From assembly GCA_943704415.1 (NCBI GenBank), contig CALSCO010001022.1, positions 1 through 60,781 of the forward strand: 60,781 nucleotides of DNA. Reading direction: 5' to 3'. Positions 24,147-41,154 of the stretch are shown here, one piece after another (the first letter of the stretch is position 1; every line of letters begins with the position of its first letter). The notes beneath the pieces were generated by a model. It was not told the origin of the DNA. It saw nothing but the letters and a program-made list of their open reading frames with translations, and did not search any database. The stretch comes from Parvularia atlantis (Eukaryota). The position numbers and the translations under genes were made by a program.

Positions 24147-27100
24147 ATGCCAGAGCCCAAGGAGCCCTTCGCCGCGCCCGTCGGCACCAGCACGAGCGCG
24201 AGCGCCGCCACGGCCGCCAGCAACGCCGCCAGCGCCGCCGCCACGGCCGCGTCGCGCCTGCCCACGCAGCAGCCGGCGACGGCCGCGCGACTGCTGCTGC
24301 AGCACAAGGCCGGCAGCAGCGCGCGGAGCGACGTGCGCCGCAGCTCGGTGCCGCTGCTCGTCGCTCGTCCGCCTCTATGGTGCTGACGCCCGGCCCCGCG
24401 CAGGTCATGCCGAGCCAGGCACCGCACAGCTCGGACGACCTGGTGACGCTGCGGCGCTTCTCTGTCGGTGCGCGCGGCGCGTCTCGTCGCGCATCGCTCA
24501 CGGTGCACGCCGCCAGTGCCCGACGCCGGCGCCGAGTACCTGATCGACGTGGACCGCACGTGGAAGCAGATCCTGGAGCAGGAGGACACGGGTGCGCGCT
24601 GGCTCCGGCCGCGACAGCGACGCACGGGCCGACGCACGTGCGCAGACCACGACTGCAAGATCACCGTGCTCGACAACGGCCCCAAGGTGATCGTCCTGGG
24701 CACGCTCAACTCGGGCGGGTTCAACCGCAAGATGGACGTGCGCGGCACGTACAGCCTGTCGATCCTGCTGCAGGAGCTGGCCCTGGCGCGCGACATGGGG
24801 CTGCGGCGCATCATCCTCAAGGTGCGCGCGTGCCGGCGCGTGCGTCCACTTTCTCGCGTCGTTCACACGCGCCGTGCAGGCCGCGATCCTGCAGGAGAAC
24901 CCCGTCGACCGCCTCAGCCGCATGATCCGCGAGATGTTCTGGGACAATTTGACGCGCTCGGTCGACGGCAACGGTGCCGTGCCCCCGCTGCGCCACCTCC
25001 GCCGCTGATTACGCGGCTCTCACAGGCCTCGTCAAGGCCGTGCAGGACACCAAGAACCACCGCGCCGACCACACGCCGCGTCTGTACGTGCCCTACGCGG
25101 ACACGCTGGGCGTGCGCTATTACACGCAGGCGCGCCCTGCCCGGTGCCTCGCGCCTGCTGGCTGCGTCTCACTCTGCCGCGGCGCCACCGCCAACCCCCC
25201 TCGCTCCCCGCAGCTCGCAGCGCAGATGAACATCACCATGCAGATCATCCGCCTCCCGCCCAAGCTCACGGCCGAGTTTGTGACGTCGATCAACCTCATC
25301 CCGGGCCTGCTCTCGCTCGCCCTGCGCCCGCAGCGGCCCGACCGCAAGCTCGCCCACGCGCTCTGGCTGCACGACAAGAGCACGCGCCCGCTGCTGCACG
25401 GCGACGCCACCGCCTCGCGCGACGACGCCGACAGCGGCCGCGGCTCGCCGCTCCCGCCCGAGATCGACCCGGACGTGCTGGCGGACGACGAGCTGCTGCA
25501 CACGTTCGAGGGCGTGCCGTTCATCGTGCCTGGGTGCGTTCTGCGGTCCGCTCGTCTTGCGCTGGCAGCGCTCACCGCGCCACCGCGCCACCGCGCACAG
25601 CGGGCGCTTCAACGAGATGTACGGCTGGGACAGCTACTTTGAGTCGCTCGGCCTGCTCAGCGACGGCAAGGTCGAGATGGCCCGCGCCATGGTCGACAAC
25701 TTCTGCTACCAGATCCGCTTCTACGGCAAGATCCTCAACGCCAACCGCAGCTACTACCTCTCGCGCAGCCAGCCGCCGTTCCTCACCGACATGATCCTCC
25801 AGGTGCGCGCCACTCGCCAGGAGTGCGCCTGCAGCCGGCCCACGCGCCGCGCCGCCAGGTCTTCCACAAGCTGGACGACGAGGACATGGACGCCAACGTG
25901 GCCTGGTGAGCGCACCCCATGTGCGCACCGCCGCGCGCGCTCAGCATCGCACCCGCACAGGCTGCACACGAGCATCGAGATGGCCGTGCGCGAGTACCAG
26001 AACGTGTGGATGGCCTCGCCGCGCTACATCCGCGAGTTCAAGCTGAGCCGCTTCTGCGACGAGGGCCACGGTGCGCCGGCGCCGGCGTCGCGGATCGCGC
26101 ATGCGCTCACGCGACGCCCGGCCGACGAAGGCATGCCACCCGAGACCGAGTCGACGCACTTCAACTCGGTTATGCGCGGCTACGCCGAGAAGTGGAAGAT
26201 GGACCTGGAGGACTTCAAAGCGCGTCTGTGACCGCTGCCCGCTCAACCGGTCGTCTGATAGCTGGCGCACGCGCGCTCGCGCAGAACGCGTACATGGCGG
26301 GCGAGGTCGACGAGCCGTCGCTGGACCAGTACTTTATGCACGACCGGGCCGTGCGCGAGAGCGGGCACGACACGACGTGCGCGCACAACGCGCGCGGTTT
26401 GTGTGCGGTCTCACGACCTGCGCACGCCCGCAGGTACCGCCTCGAGGGCCGGTGCGCGCACCTGCTCTGCGTGGACCTCAACGCGCTGCTGTACCGCTAC
26501 GAGGTCGACATCGCGCGGGTGATCAAGTGCGCTGCGCACGCTCGGACCGCCGAGACGGCACTGACCCGCACGGTGCGCAGGGACTACTTCAACGACGAGC
26601 TGCGCATGAGCGACGGCACGTATGAGACCTCGTTTGAGTGGTTCCAGCGCGCCGAGCGCCGCAGCCGGGTGCACGCCGGCGCCTCGTGTGTGCTGCGCGC
26701 TGACCGCGCGCCCGCAGCTGATGAACCTGTACATGTGGCACGAGGGCGACGGGCTGTTTTACGACTTCAACTTCCACACGCGCGAGATGATCGACTACAA
26801 GTCGGTCACGACCGTCTACCCGCTCTGGTCCAGGCAGGCCACGGCAGAGCAGGCGGCGCGGATCGTGTGCGTTGCCTGTTGCCTGTGCGCCGCTCGTAGG
26901 TCGCTGAGGCTCCAGCTTGCGCAGCGACAGCCTCGTCAAGTACTTTGAGGAGAAGGGCGGGCTCGTTAGCGGCACGTGCGAGTCGCGCGGGCACATCCAC
27001 CTCGATCGCCCCAACCGTCAGTGGGACTACCCCTTCGGCTGGGCCCCGCACCAGATGCTCGCGTGGGAAGGCCTGTGCAACTACGGCTACGTGCGTGCTG

Positions 27101-27605
27101 CTGCTGCCGCCGCTGCTGCTGCGCCCTCGCCAGTGCCCTCACTGACGGCGCACGCGGCCGCAGCCCGACATCGCCCGGCGCCTTGCGTACAAGTGGCTGT
27201 ACATGATCACCACGTCCTACATCGACTTCAACGGGACCGTGCCGGAGAAGGCACGGCGTGCTCACACACGTGCACACCGAGAGCGGGCGTCTGACCGCGC
27301 GCGGGCCGCAGTTTGACGTCGTCGAGCGCACGCATCGCTTCCACGTCGAGTACGGAAACGTCGGCACGGAGTTTGCCTTCATCAGCAAGGAGGGCTTTGG
27401 CTGGATGAACTCGAGCTACCAGGCGCGGTGTCCCATGGCGTCCGCTCGCTCGTGGGCTGACGGCCGTGCACAGCTCGGCCTGCGCCTGCTCACGTCGCAG
27501 CAGCGCACGGCCCTGCGCTCGATGGTCCCGCCCGAGCAGCTGTTTGCGCCGCCGTGTCAGCCCGCGCCCCGCGAACAGCCCGTCACGAGCATCGGCCCGG
27601 TGTGA
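24147..27605 (+). CDS. NTH1: Neutral trehalase, fungal Nth1 type (GH37 with N-terminal Ca-binding loop)
   Basis: [88 protein letters not shown]-type site RRFSV. The start codon is uncertain because an upstream exon is possible. Confidence 0.93.
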
Positions 27606-27661
27606 GATCTCATCACTGTGTTCCTTCTTGTACATGCGCACGCGCAGCACCGACGGCGCGC

Positions 27662-28764
27662 TCAGTCGTCGTCGAAGCGCCCCATGCCCCGCTTGGCCGC
27701 CTCGCGCTCCTCCTGCTCGCGCTGCCGCTTGTAGTAGGCGCTGTCGGGGTCGTGCGCCGGGTTGCGGCACTTGGCCAGCTTAGCGCCGAGCGGGCGCGCG
27801 GCGTCGGCCGAGACCTTGAGTGTGCCCTGGATCATCGTCTGGACCTGCTCGATCAGTGCGCTCAGCTGCGCCAGCTCCTGCGGCCGCCCGCCGCAGCGGT
27901 GCTGCAGAAACGCGAAGAACGCGTCCTGGCACCGCCGCTCCTTGGCTGCGGCGTCGAGCGCGGCGAGGGCAATCTGCGCCGGCTGGAACACGAAACCGAC
28001 GTCGCTCGCGAACGACAGCGCCACGAGCGCCCGCGCCGCGCGGTACAGCTGCGCCACCACGTCGCCCTCGGTGTTGTCGACGTCGGGGAAGACCTTGGCC
28101 GCCTGTGCGCGCTGATCACCTCAGCACCGTGGCGGTGGCGTGGCACGGCACGCACCCGCAGCTGCAGATAGAAGCCGTACAGCGCCTCGTACGGGTGAGC
28201 GACGACGAGGTCGAAGTGCAGCGCCTGCATCAGCACGACCTCGAGCGCCAGCACCTGCGGCGCGAGCGTCGGCGGCTGGCTCGTGCGCTTGAGAAAGTCG
28301 GCCAGGGTGAGGTAGTTTTCCTCGGTCTTGCACGCGAGGAAGATGGCCGTGAGGCTGCGCGTGTGCGCCTCGCCGCCGTCAGCGTTGGGCAGCGAAGGTG
28401 AGCGCGCGCACATCAGGTCCTTCGGGTGGTAGTCCATCGCCGAGTGCTGCAGGTAGAAGCGCTTGGCGTACGTGACGGCGGTGGCCTGTATGCCGTAAGC
28501 CAAGCGACACGCGCGCGGAGAGGGAGGCAGACACGCGCGCGCGCGACGCACGAGCACGCGGTCCGGCAGCTTCACAAACAGGCAGACCTCGGTGCACTTG
28601 GCGTAGTAGTACTGGCACAGCGTCGCGTCCTCGTCGGGCGTGAGCAGCCCGTCGGCGTCCTCGGGCACGCCCTCCTCGCGCCGGATCGCGGCGATCTGCG
28701 CGCGCGCGCGCGCCGTGGCCTCGGATCGCGTCGTCCGCAGCTGCACAGGCGAGAGGCGCCACAT
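27662..28764 (-). CDS. CCNH: Cyclin H (Ccl1/Mcs2)
   Basis: ATAVTYAKRFYLQHSAMDYHPKDLM, FLACKTEE, LEVVLMQALHFDLVVAHPY, KLAKCRNP. Confidence 0.85.
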
Positions 28765-28805
28765 CCCAGTCGCGCGAAAGGCGTGGCGGCGTGTCACTGA
28801 CTTTG

Positions 28806-28815
28806 GTCACGTGAC
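28806..28815. promoter_or_regulatory. Palindromic E-box GTCACGTGAC in the 54-nt cyclin H/amylase spacer
   Basis: Perfect 10-nt palindrome matching the bHLH-ZIP (Cbf1/USF/TFEB-type) consensus. Confidence 0.45.
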
Positions 28816-28818
28816 ACG

Positions 28819-31147
28819 ATGTTGTGGCTCGCCGCCTTTGCGCCGTTCGCGGTCGCCGCCGCCGTGGCCTCGTCGTCCGCCTCGCGCGCATCGGCGTCGG
28901 CGTCGTGCGAGGTCGCATGGGAGATGCGCGTCGACTGCCGCATCGGCAACCAGGGCCAGTGCGAGGCCGCGGCGTGCTGCTGGGACCCGACCTACAACGG
29001 CGGCCCGCCCTGGTGCTTTTACCCCGCCGGCGCCGCGCCCACCGGCGCCCCGACCGCCGGCCCCACCGCGCCCAGCGACTGCTCCACCTTCAACGGTGCC
29101 AACGCCGGTGTCGTCGTCTGCAGCGGCCAGGAGACGGCCGTCGACCCGGCCAAGGTCGCGGCGCGGTACGCGCATCCGCCCCGCCCCTACTCGCATCCGC
29201 CGCTGATCGCGCCCTCCCGCAGCTACTGGCAGGCGCCCGCCGGCAGCGCGTACGGCGACGTCGGCCACCTCGCCGCCTACGCGCGCGTTCTGTACGACAC
29301 GGCCCACACCACCGCGCGCGTGCAGGTGCAGACGTGGACCCGCGCCGCCAACGGCACGCTCGGCCTGCGCGTCTTCGTCAACGGCATCGAGGCGCCCGGT
29401 GGGACGTATGTCGCCAGCAACAAGACCGACGCCGCGCCCCTGGACATCAAGGTCGTGGACGACGCCGGCCGCCAGGTCCAGCTCGAGCCCGTGCACCTGC
29501 TCTGGAACAACCCGGCCGTGCCCACGGGCCCGGCGTACCTGGGCGGGCAGAAGGGCGGCATTGTCGAGATGTTTGGCTGGCCGCACGCCGACGTGGCGGA
29601 GGAGTGCGCGCACCTGGCCAAGGCCGGCTATCTCGGCGTCAAGATCTTCCCGACGCAGGAGCACGTCGTGTCGGACCGCTGGCTGCAGAACGGCGAGCGC
29701 AACCCGTGGTACTGGAACTACCAGCCGGTCTCGTACCGCCTCTCGTCGCGCATGGGCACGGCCGCGCAACTGCGCGAGATGATCACGACCTGCCGCCGCC
29801 TCGGCGTTCGCGTCTACGCCGACGCCGTTATCAACCACATGTCGGGCGGCGGCAACGACCGCCTCGAGCACCGGTGCGCTTGGGAGGGGACGATAGTGCC
29901 GCCGTCGCGGTGCTCACATGACCTCGGCGCGCGTGACAGCAACTCAAACGGGGGCAGCTGCACCACGTGGGGCGCCAAGGACGCGACCGCGGGCTCGTAT
30001 TATGCCACGCACCCGTTCACGTACCAGCCCAACCAGAACACCAACCAGCCGCCCGCGCTCGAGTTTCCGTCGGTGCCGTACTTTGCTGAGCACTTCCACT
30101 GCGAGCGCACGCTCTCGTCCTGGAACGACCCGCTCGCGCTCGACGCCGGCTGGCTCGTGGGCCTGGCCGACCTCAACACGGACCACGCGTACGTGCAGCA
30201 GCGCATCGCCGATTACATCACCGAGCTGCTCGGTGTGGGCTTCTCAGGCATCCGCGTCGACGCGGCCAAGCACATGCACCCGCGCGCCCTCGGCAAAATA
30301 TTTGGCCTGCTCAAGATGAACTTGGGCGGCCGCTTCCCGGACGACTTTGTGGCCACGCTGGAGATCCTCATTGGCGGCGAGGCGTCGCTGCTGTGGTGCG
30401 TGGCGCTGCGTGCCCTCTGCCGTGCATGAGCACTGACCCACGTCCACGCCCGTGCGCGGCACGTAGCTGCAACGCCGATAGCGGCTACAACTACTACACC
30501 GGCCTCAACAACGAGCTGCGCGCCAACGGCCTGAGCGAGGCCGACATCGACAAGATCAAGCTCTTCGCCGCCGACTACCCCAAGGAATTCCCCATCTGCG
30601 GCAGCTGGATTCTCCCGCCCTCGCGCTTCTCGATCCAGCAGGACGACCACGACCAGCAGAACCCGGGCTCGAGCTCGCGCGACATGGGTGACAAGGGCAG
30701 CGTCTACATCAAAGACAAGGACCCGGCGCGCCACCGCGGCTTCAACGTGGAGGTGCGTGTATGTGTGCGCGCGGTGACCGAGCTGCCTGCTGACGTGGGC
30801 CCACGCAGCTGTTTTCGCGCCCAGCCCCGGCCTCGTCCGACTGGATGATCAAGTTTGTGCTGAGCTCATATTCCTTCATGGGCAACGGCGCTGCGGGCTT
30901 CCCCGACGGCCTCTCGTCGTGCTCGGGCGCCGACCCGGCCGCGGGCACGTGCATCTCGATGGAGTACCAGAAGGCGTACGAACCCAACAGCTGCGGCTAC
31001 GACGCCGGCGCGGGCGGCGGCTGGCGCGAGGGCGTGTACACGCGCGTGCACCGCGACCGCAGCGTCATCCTCGCCATGCGCAAGTGGATGGGCCTGTCGA
31101 CCGACGTTACGAACGAGGCCATCGGCCTGCCCGCCAGCTGCGTCTGA
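28819..31147 (+). CDS. Secreted alpha-amylase (GH13) with an N-terminal trefoil (P-type) domain, 3 introns
   Basis: Hydrophobic signal-like N-terminus. Trefoil CEVAWEMRVDC..CEAAACCWD..PWCFYP. GH13 motifs YQPVSY, DAVINHM, GLADLNT, GIRVDAAKH, DDHDQ. Confidence 0.9.
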
Positions 31148-31231
31148 CCCCGTGTGCGCGTGCGCGCGCTCGCGCTCTAAGCAACCATTGTTTGTGTCCT
31201 GCTTTCTTCCCGCAAATATACACCAAGCTGT

Positions 31232-35583
<4,352 letters not shown>

Positions 35584-35699
35584 CTAGCTTCTTCACTCTA
35601 CACACTCGCATATAGTTCGCCATGACACTCACATCATTCGGCTATCACGCAAGCATCTGCCACATCGACATTTGCGGTGTGCGCGCTAGGCTTGAACCA

Positions 35700-37052
35700 A
35701 TGCCCGCGAGCGTGGTCATCATCGGCGGCGGCGTCATCGGCGCGGCGGCGGCCTTCTTCCTGCGCGCACAGGGCCCGGCCGCGCCCACGCGCGTCGTCGT
35801 GCTCGAAGCCGCGTCGGCACCGGCCGTCGGCGCGAGCGGCAAGGCCGGCGGCTTCCTGGCGCTGGACTGGCGGGACGGCGCGCCGACCGAGCAGCTGTCG
35901 CGCGTCGGCTTTGCGATGCAGGCCGAGCTGGCCACGACGCTGCACCCGCGCGACTGCCTCTACCGCCGCATGCGCACGACGAGCGTCAAGGCCGGCGACC
36001 AGCCCCTCGGTCGCGCCCGCGCCCGCGCCCGCCCTGCCGGTCTGCCAGACTGGGTCAACGCCGATGTCGTCGCGTCGACCGCCGCGCTCGGCAACGAGGA
36101 CACGACGGCGCAGGTCCATCCGCAGCTGCTGACGCTGGTGCGCGCCACGCCGTGCCGTGCCACCTGCGTCCCCGCTCACATGTCCCGCAGGCGCTGCTCG
36201 AGGCCAGCGGCGCCGAGGTGCGCGTGCGGACGGCCTTCCGTGGTGCGCCTGACGCCGCACGATTGCGCAACCAGTCCGTGACACGCGCCAGGGCTCAAGC
36301 TCAGCGCCGACCGCACGCGCGTCGTCGCGCTCGACCTCGTCAGTGACGGGCGGGCCGAGCGGTTCGTGCTAGGCGCCGACGACGTCGTGCTGTTTGCGAT
36401 GGGCGCTTGGACGGACGCCCTCCGCGCGTGGTTCCCGGCCCTCCCGCGCATCACAGCGATCAAGACGCACAGCATCGTGCTCCGGCCGCGCGCGCCCGTC
36501 TCGGCCGACGCGCTCTTCCTCACGTTCAGCTCGAGCGAGTACGGCCACCAGGATCCGGAGGTCTACCCGCGCGCCAGCGGCGATGTCTACGTCTGCGGCA
36601 TAAGCGACGACTCGCCGCTGCCGGCCACGACCGACGACGCCCTACCCACACCCGGCGCGGTGGCTGCACTGCGCAAGGCACGCCCGCTCTTTCACGTGTC
36701 GTGCGCTGACGGCGTGTGCTCGCGCGCATGTAGATGGCCAATGCGCTGTCGCACTTGCTCGCCGAGGCGCCCGTCACGACCGAGCGGGCGTGCTTCCTGC
36801 CGTACGCGGGCGGTGACAAGCAGCCGCTGATCGGGCGTCTGCCGGGCACGTCCAACGCGTGCGTATGCCCTTGCATGCGCTCGCGGCTGGTGGTCGTGAC
36901 GACACGGGACGCGCAGGTACATCGCGGCGGGCCACAACGTCTGGGGCATCCTTCAGGCGCCGCCGACGGGCCTGGCGCTGGCCGAGCTGATCTGCGGCGG
37001 CGCGGCGCACGCGGTCGACCTGTCGCCGTTCGACCCGGCGCGCTACAAGTGA
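35700..37052 (+). CDS. FAD-dependent oxidoreductase, DAO/Tda3-like
   Basis: VVIIGGGVIG, GASGKAGGFLA, TAQVHP, DPEVYPR, GHNVWGILQAPPTG. Confidence 0.85.
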
Positions 37053-37072
37053 GCACTTTGGCTCGTTGACGC

Positions 37073-37314
37073 ATGGAAGTGTGCCCCGTCTGCTACGAGC
37101 CGCTGATCGCGGACGGCGCGCTGCCGGCGGTGCTGTTGCCGTGCTTCCACGCGGCCTGCGCCCTGTGCGCGCACGAGAGCGTCGTGTGCAAGCAGCCCGT
37201 GGGCGACGTCGAGTGCGGCGCGCCGTACGATCCGCGCGCGCTGGTGGCGATCGCGGCGACGGCGACAGCGACAGCGACCGACGCGCCGTCAACCGGGCCG
37301 GACGGCGACGGCGA

Positions 37315-37358
<44 letters not shown>

Positions 37359-38692
37359 CGGACGCGCTCGATGCGGCGATCGCGCGCGCCGACGCGGCGG
37401 CAGCGCGGCTCCGGCAGCACGGCGACGCGACCCGCTCCGAGATCCGGCGCACGTTCGCCTGGCTCACGGCGCGGCGCGATGCGGTCGACGGCCCGGCGCG
37501 TGCAGCCGAGCTGCTGGCCCAGGTCGACGCGGGGCTGCGCGCGCTCGACAAGGCCGTGGACGAGGCGCGCGACGAGCTGCGCGTAATGCGCAGCCGGCTG
37601 CAGGCGGCGCGGCGGTGGCGAGGACGGCTCGGCGCAGACGTGGTGCCGACGGTGCTGCGGCGGGCGGGCGACGCGCTGGACGCAGCGCTGGCCAGCGCGC
37701 CGTGCTTCTACGGCTGGACGCCACCGGCCGACGCGCCCGTGCCGACGGCGACGCTCGGGCGCGTCGTGGCGAACCGCGCCGGCAGCCGCGGGCGCGACTA
37801 CGGCGCGATCGCTGAGCCGCGTCTGCTGCTGCCGCCCGAGGTGCGCGACGAGCTCATGAACCCGATCGGCCTCGCCTGCGACGACGCGCGCGGCGTAGTC
37901 TACGTCGGCGACCGCGTCCACCAGCGCGTCTTTGCCTGCGCCCTGCGCAACGGCGAGCCGCGTGCGCCCGTGCCCACGCCCAGCGACTCGCCCGGCGCCG
38001 GCTGCATCGGCGTCGCGTGCACCCTCGACGGCACGGGGCTGTGGCTCACGTCAATGCTCGTGCCGCGGCTCGTGCTCGTCGAGGCCGTGCCGCCGACGGG
38101 GCGCGTGCTCGCCTCGATCGACTGCGCGCTGCGATACGCCTGGGCGATCGCGGTGCTGCCCGACGGCGCCCTGTGCGTCACGCTCGCGTCCGAGCGGAGC
38201 GGCTCGTGCGACACCGTGGCTGTGTACGAGCCGGCGGCGCGCGGGGCGTGTCGGTGGCTCGTGAGCGCGCCCAAGCCGGCAGCGCGACTCGGCAACGCGT
38301 GCCGGGCGATCGCCGTCGTCCCGCCGACGCCGCGCGACGCCGCGACGCCGCTCTCCGCCGCCGACGCTGCCGCGGTCACCGTCGCCGTGCTCGACAGCCT
38401 GCAGCAGCGCGTGTTTCTCCTGGCCGCGTCGACCGGCGCGCTTGTCGGGACGATCGAGCTGACGGACGCGGTGGGCGAGCGCGCGTGGGGCCTGGCGTAC
38501 GACGCGCTCGCAAGCGTCTTTGTCGTCACGCGCGTGGGCGGGCTGGCGGCGCTGACGGCGCGCGGCGACGTTGTGGCAGTGAAGCGGCGCACCGAGGGCC
38601 TGCCCATGCACATCGGCACCAACACGCTCGTCACGGCCGACGGGCACCTGCTCGTGCTCGACACCGTGACGGGGCACATCCTGCTGTACTGA
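37073..38692 (+). CDS. Intronless RING-like finger / helical / NHL-like beta-propeller protein (TRIM-NHL-like E3 ligase candidate)
   Basis: CPVCYE..PCFHAACALC..C, polyQ, helical region, then NHL-like [26 protein letters not shown] and AWAIAVLPDG. Single 539-aa ORF. Confidence 0.7.
37319..37356 (+). repeat. (CAG)n polyglutamine tract
   Basis: About 12 consecutive CAG codons in frame. Confidence 0.9.
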
Positions 38693-39294
38693 TGCGCCTG
38701 GGTACCGGTCACGCCGCGACGAAAAAAAAGAGGAGAAGAAGCGGTCAAGTTGGAGCCCTGGCTTCTGTCTGGCTTGTTTTGCTTGTTTCCTCCTTCCCGG
38801 TTTATTTTTTGTGGTAAGCCAGTGCAGCCGGACCGCTCGATGGACGAGTGTTTGCGGGCGCGCTCATAAGTCTGCGGCCGGCGTGCGTGCGCGGGCTCGA
38901 GTGGGTGTGCTTTGCCGGATGCATGTGGCAGGCACCCGATTCAGTTTCGCTTCAGTTCTGTTTCACGCCGCGGCGGCGGGCGGCGGCCGGTGCGGCGGCT
39001 TGTGCAGCGAGGGCGGCGCGTACATGTACAGTGCGAGGGTGGCGGCAAGCGCAGCGGCAAGCGCGGCGGCGATCGGCATTGCTAGTCGACTCGGATGGAT
39101 TGCCAGCGTAAGTGTGCCTTCGACGGTGCAATCGGCTTGACGCTCGTCACACCGAGCTCGCTGTCGCCGCACACACAGCACGCGCAGCAGTGCCATCGCC
39201 GCTGTCGCGCACCGTAGCCGGATATGGAGCAGCGATCGAGCCCCTCAAGTTGAAATCGCCGCGTTGGCTTGGCGCCACAAACCGTCCACGACCC

Positions 39295-41092
39295 ATGCCG
39301 CGCCCGCCCCGCACGCCGGTCGCCGCCGCCGTCGCGGTCGCCGTCGCCGCCGTCGCCGCCCTGTGCCTGCTCACGGGTCCCGCGCGAGCGCTAGTGCAGC
39401 TCAGTCGCCCGGGAGGTGCGCGCTGCTGGGCAACAGCGAAACCAATACAAAACCCCGCGTTTCGTCCACCGCAGACCCCGCCGTGCTCGCGGTCAACAAC
39501 GTCGACGTGCCGTACGGCTGCGCGGCGTACTCGGTCGACGTGCCCGCGCCGTTTGTGCAGCTGCCGGTCGCGGCCGGCTGCGTCCTCGGCCCCGACGGTG
39601 CGCGCGAACTCCGCACTCTGTCTGCCCTCACCTGTCTCATGGGGCGCCGTGCACAGCCCCAGCCATCGACGCGAGCTCCGCCGCCGTCGCCTACGTCGAC
39701 TTTGACGCGGCCTCGGGCCTCGGGTGCACGTGCTACGCAGACCTGTTTGAGGGCGTGTTTGCGCGTGCCGCCGCGAGCACGGAGCGGCTCGTCTTCGTCG
39801 TATCGCAGTCGCGCGTACAGCAGTACAGCCCTGGCCTCATCGACTACTACTGCGCGCCCGCCGCCTACGCCGCGGCGCCGTACGCCATCACGGTGATCTC
39901 GGCGTCGGACGGCGCGGCCGTGCGGGCGGCGCTGGCGGCCAGCGCGACGCAGCCGGTGCTGGCGACAGCGACGAGCGGCGTCAACGCATGGGCCGGGTTC
40001 GCGACGCTGCCGGGCACGATCGCCGTGCGCGTGTTCCAGAGCGTGACGTGCATGGGCGCGCTGCTCTTCGCCGGCGCGAGCCTGTGGCTGTCGTGGCTGG
40101 CCAAGAGCCCGGGCCTGGCGAACCTGTGCAGCCGCCCGCCCGTCAACGTGCGCATCCTCGGCTTCCTCCTCTGCTTCTTCGCGTTCCGCTTCGTCCAGGC
40201 CGCGGTCGACCCGATCAACAGCTCGCGCTTGCTCGGCCCGTTCTCGGTGCGCTTCGCCCTGCTCTACGCCGGCTTCTTCTGCGAGGTGTGCGCCTTCACG
40301 GCGCTGCTATCGGGCTGGTCGCGCGCGGCCGCGTGGGCCCACACTGACGTTGACCGGCGCTACAAGCTGCTCTGGGCCGGCCTGCTGTGGATGACCGTGC
40401 TCATGTTCTTCGTCGCGAGCTCGGTGCTCGTGGCCAGCGCCACCGCGGCCCGCACCAACACCGTGCTCGACAGAGCCGTCCTGCCCTGCATCGGCGTCAT
40501 CGCGGTCGTTCTGATCGTGCTCTGCATCAGTACCATCTCCATCGGCGCGCGCCTCCTGCGCATCCTCGACCCGACGCTGTGGATCGCCGGCAGCGGCGGC
40601 ACGCGCGCTGTCGCCCCCGCCGCCAGCCGCCCCTCGCCCGAGCGCATGCTCATGCTGCGCAAGATCTCCGTGCTCGTCATCGTCGCGTCGTCGGCCCTGA
40701 TCGCCCTGCTCATTGTGCTGTTTGCGCCGCAGCTGTTCTTCCTCACCGCGGCGACGTTTGTGGGCGTGCTCTGGGCCGAGTCGGTGCTGACGCTGCTGAT
40801 AGCGCTGGCCATCATGTTCACTCTCCGCTACGAGAGCTTTAGCAGCACGTCGTCGAGCAACACGGGCAACACGGGCAACTCGGCGCGCAACAACTTCAAG
40901 TTGTCAGTGGACCAGCCCGGCCAGGCGCGCACTGCCAGTGGCAGCGCCAACGGCCACTCGAGCAGCGAGACCGAGCTGTCGCCGGACAAGGTCGACATCA
41001 TCCTCTCCGAGATCGGCACCAACAGCGCCGGCGCCCCTGTCGCGAGCGAGCCGGACGACGTGACTCACGTGCGCCTGTGGGCCGCAGTGTAA
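39295..41092 (+). CDS. Signal peptide, ectodomain and seven-TM membrane protein (receptor-like), 2 introns
   Basis: Hydrophobic leader; introns at about 39416-39474 and 39598-39662; seven hydrophobic segments counted by eye; Ser/Thr-rich cytoplasmic tail. Confidence 0.7.
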
Positions 41093-41154
41093 GCAGGTGG
41101 GTGCGCGATAGTTATTGTTTATCGCCGCTTTGGGACAGATTGCCGTGCCGCGTG

